The notes beneath the pieces are model-generated. The model searched no databases and was not told where the DNA came from. It saw only the letters and a program-made list of their open reading frames with translations. The position numbers were made by a program, and so were the translations under genes. From Octopus vulgaris (Eukaryota), in NCBI GenBank assembly GCA_951406725.2, contig OX597823.1:16678001-16742000 (forward strand): 64,000 nucleotides of DNA, written 5' to 3'. Shown here piece after piece: positions 14,501 through 24,799 of this stretch; within the stretch, counting starts at the first letter, position 1, and each line of letters opens with the position of its first letter.

Positions 14501-16735
14501 TATAGCACACACAAATTGTAAACCTTTCATGCATATTTTTATCGTTCAATGTGTAAAAAAATTTTTTTTCTACATGCACACAATCAAAAAAAAAAAATAA
14601 TAAAATAATAATAATAATACATTTCCAATATCGTTCGATCTCTGTGGCTTTCTCACTAGAAGGGGGGTAGTGTAAGAATTAGCACTTCCTTCTCAAAGCT
14701 TGGATTCGAAATCAGACCCAAGAATCATTGGTCGTAAAATACCAATGCACAAAAAGGCGCGAAATCAGAATCTCTTTGTTCTGACAAAAAATGATGGATC
14801 GTCTCCCTTCGACCTCTGACCCGAGCAGGTCAGGCGAAGTTTAACAGGACGACCAGCGACCTACTGTACGCAATAACACTCTTGCGGTATATCTATTTTT
14901 CTGGCTATTTGAGATGTTATAAATAGAACGGAGAAATAGGTATCCAGGAGAACCCGAACCAACGTTTAAGAGAACGTCACGCATTTATGAGGACGACGAA
15001 AGAATATTCAGAAAGGTGACTCTGTACTGCATGATTTACACACACGCACACACACACACCATCAAACATATTCTGCTTTAATGTGTATCCTGTATTATGC
15101 ATTCCTTTAATATGTATTATTTGCAACCACTATTTAATATGCATTTTGTACAAGCGATGTGTAACATTGCTTACAAATTGATGTAGTGATAATAAATCTT
15201 TAATTTATTACAAAGCACTTATGTATTTATTAATACATCCACGCATCCACTACACTACCATACTATCAGTGCTTTTCTTGTAACAATCTATTTAAACAGT
15301 AAATTATCTCTTTTAAAATATATTTCATATTTTGTAATGAGTCCAAGGATGGAAAGAGCCCATAAACCTTTAGTCCACACTAAACTGAGGAGAGCTTGGT
15401 AAGGCTAATTCAGTTGACATTTAGCATGCTCTTTCATTTAGTGTTGAAAGGAGGGAATCATCGGCAAAGAGCTTTTACTAGAAAGATGAAATTCCAAGGG
15501 GGAAAGAATCCTTATTTGGCTTTAATTAGTCCTATGATTCATAGAGCCATCATATTTGTTTTTATTCTACATAATTCATTAATTAAATCAAAAGTAAAAT
15601 AATTGAGGCATTATTATATACATGGGATTGGAGTAATCATTAATGCAGTAATGAAAGGCTTTATGGTATATAGTTATAGCCCTTTATGTTCTGAGTTCAA
15701 ATCCTACAATGAACACCTTTACTTTTCAGCTTTCCGGGCCCTGTATCAAGCATCAATCAAGTACTGGGGTCAATTTAAGCAGCTGTATCCAACCCTATAA
15801 TTTGTGACCTTATGCCAATGTTAGAAATCAATATTATACAGTGGTACTAAGGTGAATGTAAACCTTTTGATGTTGGCTTTTGTGTCTCAATTCGGTTTAT
15901 AAGTCTTGGAGAAGCAGAACGGTATGTATGTTCAGTGGTCCCAGAGGAATCAGTAGTAGAACCAACCAGCTCTAAATGAAAGGAGAAAAAGAAAAAACAG
16001 AACAATTATAATTATTTAAGAGCAATCAAATAAAGAAAAAACCTTCTTAAAAGGTCATCATTGTCATTTAACATGTACTTTTCTATATTGACATCATACA
16101 GATCTTCCTGCTTCACACAACCGTATGGTTCCTGGTTCAATATGACTGAACAGCACCTAGGATTATAGGATTAGTCTCTGCTACCACAACCTTGGGTTGA
16201 CAAATGCCTTGTGAGTAAATTTGACAGACAGAAACTGAGCAGAAGACCTTCCTATATGAGTATGTACGTATCATCATCATCACCATTTTACATCCACTTT
16301 CTATGGTTGGATGAACTGTCACAGTCTGAGTGAGTTCTCAGAGATATTGCTCTCATAAATATTTCAGTTTCGGGTTGGATTCTATTGTAGGAATGACTGT
16401 CCTCACATCAACTACCTGACAGACTACACCAGGTACATTTTATCATGGCACCAGCACTGGTGAGTTTGTCACAACCTTAACAAGACCTTCTCAATCCCAC
16501 AGTTCTGCTTGCTCACCTGCATCTTTACAGAGTATCCTACATGGAGACACACACACACACATATCCAATGGGTGAGAAAACACTATTATTAGCATACAAT
16601 AGAGAAACAGATTAATGCTCAGAAGTTCCCAGATTCTTAAAACCCAACTTTCAAGATAAAAATAATTCTGCAGAACAAAAGTTGGTTCAAAAGTTGGTTC
16701 TAGCTCAAGTATTTAATAAAATACAAGCTGGTCAA

Positions 16736-16792
<57 letters not shown>

Positions 16793-16948
16793 CATTATTT
16801 ATATCATTTACAAAATAGGTTATGTATAAAACATGAAAAGAATATATTTAGCAAAGCAAAACTAAATTCCTAGCTATTATTTTACAGTTGTTCCAAACAT
16901 TCAGTCAGTTTGATGCAATAATATGCAAATGGGTGTGCATACTTATGG

Positions 16949-16983
<35 letters not shown>

Positions 16984-18220
16984 GTATGTATGTATATCAT
17001 CATCATCATCATCGTTTAACGTCCGTTCTCCATGCTAGCATGGGTTGGACGGTTCGACCGGGGATCTGGAAAGCCAGAAGGCTGCACCAGGCTCCAGTCT
17101 TATCTGGCAATGTTTCTACAGCTGGATGCCCTTCCTAACGCCAATCACTCCGTGAGTGTATATATATATATATATATATATATTTATTAATTACCGGCAA
17201 AACTTACAGAGTAACTAAAGGGCAGAGAGTTTCATGCAGTGGCACTTCCCATATATATATATATGCGGAATAGATGAAACAGGGACAACTGAAGAAGGGG
17301 AATATTCCTTGTGTTGTATGTCTTGTACTCTGTTTTTTCGTTGTTTGAAAAAAAGTTCGTTTCTATGCTTTTGTTTTTATGTTTTCGTTTCTCATTGTGT
17401 TCAACGCTTTTTTTGATGTCCTGTACCCATATATGCATGTATATATACATATATATGTAGGTATGTACATATATGTATGTATATATGCATATAATTATAT
17501 ATTATTTATATTATATATATATATATATGCCAGCATGGATAATGATGATGATGATATATCATCATCATCGTTTAATGTCCGCTTTCCATGCTGGCATGGG
17601 TTGGATGGTTCGACTGGGGTCTGGGAAGCCAGGAGGCTGCACCAGGCTCCAGCCTGATTTGGCAGTGTTTCTACAGCTGGATGTCTTTCCTAATGTCAAC
17701 CACTCCAAGAGTGTAGTGGGTGCTTTTTACATGCCACCAGCACAGGGGCCAGAGGAAGCTGGCATCGTAAACGTTTGGATGGTGCTTTTTTACGTGCCAC
17801 TGGCACAGAAGCCAGTTAAGGCAGCACTGGCATCAGCCACATTCAGATATATATATAGCTGGTTGTTTACTTTATGTCCATTTCGTAGAGGAAATGTTTT
17901 ACTACCAGATGTCCTTCCTGTCACTAACCTTTAACTGTTTTTCAAATATGAGATTTCTTATTCTACTAATCTTCATAAGTAAAGAGCCGGCTGACAATTT
18001 ATTGATAAGAAATTGCCAACAAACACCATTTGTGGCATCGTGCTTTTCCTTAGTGAAACATGGAATATAAACATTCACACAGACATGCGCAAATACACAC
18101 ACAAGCTTCTGTACTCCTTCCATTTACTAAATTCACTCACAAGGCACTGGTCAGGTCAGGCTGATGCTACAGTAGAGGCACTTAGCCAAAGTGCTGCACA
18201 ATGAAACTGAACCTGAGAAG

Positions 18221-18275
<55 letters not shown>

Positions 18276-18480
18276 TCTTTTACTTGTTTCAGTCATTTGA
18301 CTGTAGCTATGCTGGAGCACCACCTTTTAGTCGAGCAAATCAACCCCAGGACTTATTCTTTGTAAGCCCAGTACCTATTCCATCAGTCTCTTTTGCCGAA
18401 CTGCTAAGTTACGGGGATGTAAACACACCACAATCAGTTGTTAAGCGATGTTGGGGGGAAAAACACAGACACACAAACAT

Positions 18481-18511
<31 letters not shown>

Positions 18512-20143
18512 CATATATACGACAGGCTTCTTTCAGTTTCTGTCTACCAAATCCACTCACATGGCATTGGTTGGCCCGAGGCTATAGTAGAAGACACTTG
18601 CTCAAGGTGCCATGCAGTGGGACTGAACCTGGAACCATGTGGTTGGTAAGCAAGCTTCTTACCACACAGCCACTCCTACGCCTATTCAGAGGATATTCAC
18701 AGGAACTGTAATCTGCAGGGTAACTTAAACATCTTTTGAATAAAAAATGCCCATAAATACATTGAACCAGTGAATGACTGATTGGAATCTTGTAACATTG
18801 CTGTTGTACACAAAATTTGATATAAAATAAATGTTGTCCATTTGCATTGCTGAAGTGATGATTAAAATCGAAGATAAATGTCCATTTAAATCAAGCTTTA
18901 AGTGACTGAAATGTTCACTTTTAATCTGGAAAATGTCTATCTTCGGCAAAGTGAATACTTTCAAAATTGAGAAGACCTGGGAACCAAGCAGCACCTATAT
19001 TTCTTTCACAGGCGAGCTGGTAGAAGCGTCAGCATGCCGGGCGAAACGCTAAGCGGTATTTCGTCTGCCGCTACGTTCTGAGTTCAAATCCCGCCGAGGT
19101 CGACTTAGCCTTTCATCCTTTCAGGGTCGATTAAATAAGTACCAGTTACACACTGGGGTCGATATAATCGGCTTAATCCATTTGTCTGTCCTTGTTTGTC
19201 CCGTCTGTGTTTAGCCCCTTGTGGGTAGTAAAGAAATATATATTTCTTTCTTATTAAAATATAGTAACTTATTACAAATTGTAAATAGAAATATGATTAC
19301 ATAAAGTTATCAAAAGAGAAGAGAAATGAACAAAAATATTTGTAACTAGCTGCCTCTTGCTCATCCTTTCTCATATATATTCTTTTCTACTCTAGGCACA
19401 AGGCCTGAAATTTTGGGGTAGGGGGCCAGTCGATTAGATCAACCCCAGTGCGTAACTGGTACTTAATTTATCGACCCCCAGAAGGATGAAAGGCAAAGTC
19501 GACCTCGGTGGAATTTGAATTCAGAACGTAAAGACAGACGAAATACCGCGAAGCATTTCGCCCAACATGCTAACGCTTCTGCCAGCTCTCATATATAAAT
19601 TGTCACAGCCCCCTTCCTTCCATTTTAAGAGTGTCTGTATATGAATGTGTCTGTATTTGTATTTTCTATGTATCTTTCTAAATAAACATACACCAACACA
19701 TATACACTCACTCAAAAGACTTTCTCACTTTCCCAAGCATCAAACTAATACACCTGCTTGTTGTTCATACACCTGTCTTCGTCTTTTGTTTTTCTGTAAA
19801 TTTCAACTCTGTGTGTGTGTGTGTGTGTGTCTGTGTCTTTGTGTGTGTGTCTGTGTGTGTGTGTCTGTCTGTATTTTTATATAAATAAATTTACATACAT
19901 AAACATCATTTTAATGTCCATATTCCCGTGCACACATGGCTTGGGTTAGGCAGATGTTGCTGAAGCAGGCTTTCTACAGCCAGATGCCCTTCCTCTTGCC
20001 AAGCCTGACTCATTTCCAAGTAAGGTAATATTTTTCCATGACCAAATGTTTTTTTACAGACTACTGGAAGCATAGAATACTAATTGTATAATGGTGACAC
20101 TCATTTACACACACACATATTTATATATTATTTGTGTGTATGA

Positions 20144-20174
<31 letters not shown>

Positions 20175-23100
20175 CATATATATACACAAACTTTGGCCAG
20201 TTCATGGCTATACTAGAAGACACTTGCCCAAGTGGTCTGAACCTGAAACCATATGGTTCTCAACTATACAGGCATGCTTGCACTTATATATGTACACACA
20301 CACTGTAATGCGTTAGGAAGGGCATCCTGCTATAGAAATCAACTCCAAAATTAAACACACAAGTGAGACGCAGCCTTCCAACAAGTTAGCAGAACACCCC
20401 AATATGTACTGACTCTGACCTTGATTATCCATCCTACTCATGCCAGCATGGAAAGTGGATATAAAATGAGGTAGACCCAGGAAGACATGGAATAAGGTGG
20501 TCTAGCATGACCTTCGAACACTAGGCCTCACAGAGACAATGACGCAAAACCGAAACCTCTGGAGATATGCTGTGACTGCGAAGACCTGACAAATAAAGTG
20601 AGTTCATAGCTGTATCCTACACCTGCTTCACACAACCAGCCCCAGCCCATTTAAAGTACCCTGGATCGTAGGATGACCTGCTGTGCTTGAGGAGACCTAT
20701 TGAGTCAAGTACATCAACATCAAAATAAAAACCAAATGGAAATTGTAGTTACGATACCCGTGCCAGTGGCACGTAAAAAGCACCATCCGAACATGGCCAA
20801 TGCCAGCGCCGCCTTGGCTGGCTTCCATGCCGGTGTCACATAAAAAGCACCAACCAATCGTGGCCATTGTCAGCCTCCTCTGGCCCCTGTGCCGGTGGCA
20901 TGTAAAAAGCACCCACTACACTCACGGAGTGGTTGGCATTAGGAAAGGCATCCAGCTGTAGAAACACTGCCAGATCAGACTGGAGCCTGGGGCAGCCTCT
21001 TGGCTTCCCAGACCCCAGTCGAACCGACCAACCCATGCTAGCATGGAAAACGGAACGTTAAACGATGATGATGATGATGATGATGATGCATTGACACCCA
21101 CACACATTCACAAAGACAGAATGCAGGTCAAAATAGTATGATTTCTCCCTTTCTTTATTATGTTTGTTTGTGACCAAGTGTATGTTGTGTGTGTGTTTTA
21201 ATAGAATCATGGAACAGACAAACAGACTTTGTATTTTAGCATTATAAAAATCAACACAACACTAAAGAAAGGATAAAATATTTGCCTACTTCGTTTTCCA
21301 GCTAGCATAACTTTTCTTTTAGGTTTTGGGGTCATTTCTTTATTTTTCTGGTTGACACCATGACTGTAACAAAGAAAATAAATAGAAAAGGAAATTAAAA
21401 GTGAGATATTAAACTTCAAATCTAACATTTCACAGTCTGCTCAAAATCATAACATCAAGAGAATGCTATTCATGGGACATAAAAAAATTATAATATTCCT
21501 CTCAGTATGAGTGTATCTTTTATCCATTTCAGTCATTAGACTGTGACCATGCTGGGGCACTGCCTTGACAAATTTTTAGTTGAATGAATTGAGCCTGGTA
21601 TTTTCTCTTTTATTTTTTTTAAGCCTGGTAATTATTCTATCGGTCTCCTTTGACAAATCACTAAGGTAATGGGGATGTAAACACAGCAACACTGGTTATC
21701 AAGCATTGATGGGAGACAAACACAGATACAAAGACACACACACACACATGATGGGCTTCTTTCAGTTTCTGTCTACTTAATCTATTCACAAGGCTTTGGT
21801 TGACCTGAAACTATAATAGAAGACATGCCCAAGATACTGCACTTGTTTCAGTTATTTGACTGTAGCCATGCTGGAGCATCACCTTTTAGTCGAGCAAATC
21901 AACCCCAGGGCTTATTCTTTGTAAGCCCAGTACCTATTCCATCGGTCTCTTTTGCCAAACCGCTAAGTTACAGGGATGTAAACACACCAGCATCAGTTGT
22001 TAAGCGATGTTGGGGGGACAAACACAGACACAAACATATACACACACATACATGTATATATGCATATATACAACGGGCTTCTTTCAGTTTCCGTCTACCA
22101 AATCCACTCACACAGCTTTGGTCGGCCCGAAGCTATAGTAGAAGACACTTACCCAAAGTGCCATGCAGTGGGACTGAACCCGGAACCATGTGGTAGGTAA
22201 GCGAGCTACTTACCACACAGCCACTCCTACATCTAATATTCCTAATTTTGTTAACAGTGAAGGTGTAGTAGCATATTGTATGACATACACACAAACTTCT
22301 CACAGTTTATCAAATATTTTAGAAGTAAAAATAAAAAGGCCACTAAGACCCTTTCAGAATTATACAAAACCCATAGGTTGAGGACTGTTTGGAGTAGAGG
22401 CACTTTTGTTGGCTTGTGATGTGAAGGAAATTTGCTTGCTATTTGTAACAGGTCTATCAACTACAGAGGATTGAAACCTAAAAGTCCTCTGAAAGAGGCT
22501 TCCAACACAAGTTAATAAACATTAAAGATAAGAAACTTAAACCCGGAGTGGTTTCTATGGCTTACCTTCTGCTGACTCCCGTGGTTGGCTTTATAAACAA
22601 AAAAAAAAAAGAAAGAAAATCAAGAAACTAACATTAAAACAACTTTGATATGAAAAATATAAAAAATTTAAATAAAAGATAACACAAAATACGAAATGAA
22701 AATTTTAAATTAAAACATTTTCTTTTTACTTTGTAAATTCTATAAATAATATTTTTCATTTTCACTGATTCTATTTTTAAGATATTCTTTGAGGGACAAG
22801 AACTTTTACAATGCTTGGATGTTTTCTAGTGAATAGATTATCATGGTAATCCACAAAGAAAGTTGCAAGTGGGTGGTAATAATTTCTAATAAAAACATGT
22901 AATTACAACATTTCATGAAAAAGCACTAGCAATTACATCAACCCAAGTCCATAGCTTGTTCTGAATTTATGAAACCCAGAAAGTTGACAGATAAAATCAG
23001 CAATAGTGAGATTTGAATTCAGAACGCAAAGCCAAGTCACATACAACACAAGGTATTTTCTATTAATTCTGCTATCCATCAGCCCTCAATAATAACTGTA

Positions 23101-23781
23101 TTTACATGTATGTTCAAAGATGAGTGTACATTATATATATAGATATGTGTGTGTGATGAAAATCCTCATCATCACCATCCTTTAACATCCGTTTCCCATG
23201 CTGGTGTGGATTGGATGATTGGATCAGAGCTGCACCAGGTTCTCGTCTGATTTGGCTTGGCTTCTAAGATTGGATGCCGTTCCTAATACCAACCATATTA
23301 CAGTGTGTAGTGAGCGCTTTTAAAGCGGCGCTGCACAAGTGCTTGACTTCATGAACTTGTAGGATAAACATTAGATATAACTGAAATCTCATTACTTTTC
23401 ACTAGAGTCAAGTCAAATAATTAAAAAATATATGTAACTCCTACTCAATGTGTTGAGTACCACTTTCTTTTTCTACTCATTATATATATATGTGTGTGAG
23501 TGTGTGTGTGTGTGTATTGGGGTCACCACTACTTTATTATCTCCCTATCTCCCTAGCTCTCCTGTGGGACCCTTCTGTCCAGCATTTACCATGATAGATC
23601 GGTAACCACTACACATTCTTTATTTTCTCTCCTTGCTTCTCTCTGTGTTCCTTTCTGCGGAAGAGCATAGGCTCGAAGCGTTAAAGACTTTTTCACTTCC
23701 CGAGCGTTATACTAATACATTTGTTTTTTGTCTACACCACCTGTCTTCATCTTTTGTTTTTTTGTGAACTCTCCCTATATG

Positions 23782-23819
<38 letters not shown>

Positions 23820-23958
23820 AGAATAAGCACATAAATGTGAAACAAAGTGGAAAAAAATAGTACTTGAATACCAGAGGTAGAGTAATATGATTTATTAAAA
23901 AGCAGCAAAAATATCACAGAAAATATTAGTGTTTGATATTTTTGCTGCTTTTTAATAA

Positions 23959-24016
<58 letters not shown>

Positions 24017-24757
24017 GTATGTATGTATATAAACTGTAACATAAATAATGTCAAATAATATAGTACTCAATATGTCGAGTAATGATGTATTTATACATTT
24101 ATAAAGCAATAGAAGTAAAATATCAGGCTACCAAATGTTTCGTGCCAAGCAACTCATTCAGGCCCCGTATCTCCACATGTTTAGAGTAACGAAAAATATT
24201 TTGAGAAAATACATTTATAAATGTTTCCACTTCTGTTAAGGCGAATAACTCTTAGATAGTCATTGTGAGTTATTTTTCCTTGATTGTCTCAAGAATTAGC
24301 ATTGGCGATGCTGGAAAAGAAAAGAAAATCTGTTGAAAATTGAGGAAGAACAAATGGTACGATTGAAAACAGGTTATACATCATCATCATCAGAGAGTGT
24401 TGAAAAGAATAGAGGTAGGGGGGAACACGAAGGTGAGTTTTGAATGAAATAATATACAGAAATGCGAGAAAAAGGAAAGGTCGAAAAGCAAAGCGATAAT
24501 AAAGCAAAGCTGAACAGAGTTTAATACTCTCTTTACTCTTTTTACTCTTTTACTTGTTTCAGTCATTTGACTGCGGCCATGCTGGAGCACCGCCTTTAAT
24601 CGAGCAACTCGACCCCGGGACTTATTCTTTTTGTAAGCCCAGTACTTATTCTATCGGTCTCTTTTTGCCGAACCGCTAAGTAACGGGGACATAAACACAC
24701 CAGCATCGGTTGTCAAGCAATGCTAGGGGGACAAACACAGACACACAAACACACACA

Positions 24758-24799
<42 letters not shown>

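Larger units (their letters stand above)
9384..15254 (+). mobile_element. Full-length Ty3/Gypsy LTR retrotransposon, CsRn1 lineage (5871 bp)
   Basis: TG...CA LTRs; 4-bp TSD CTAC (9380-9383 and 15255-15258); tRNA-Trp-type PBS; PPT; gag with a CHCC knuckle; PR-RT-RH-INT order. Confidence 0.97.

Noticed and set aside
14068-14659. Possible intron or env region in the Gypsy 3' segment (CGG|GTAAGT ... CTCACTAG)
   Set aside because: No env-like ORF, the AG is part of the pre-PPT sequence, and there is no evidence of splicing from sequence alone.
18725-18994. 89-aa minus-strand ORF in a CCDC14 intron
   Set aside because: No recognisable homology, no polypyrimidine tract, and a stop in the phase required by neighbouring exons.
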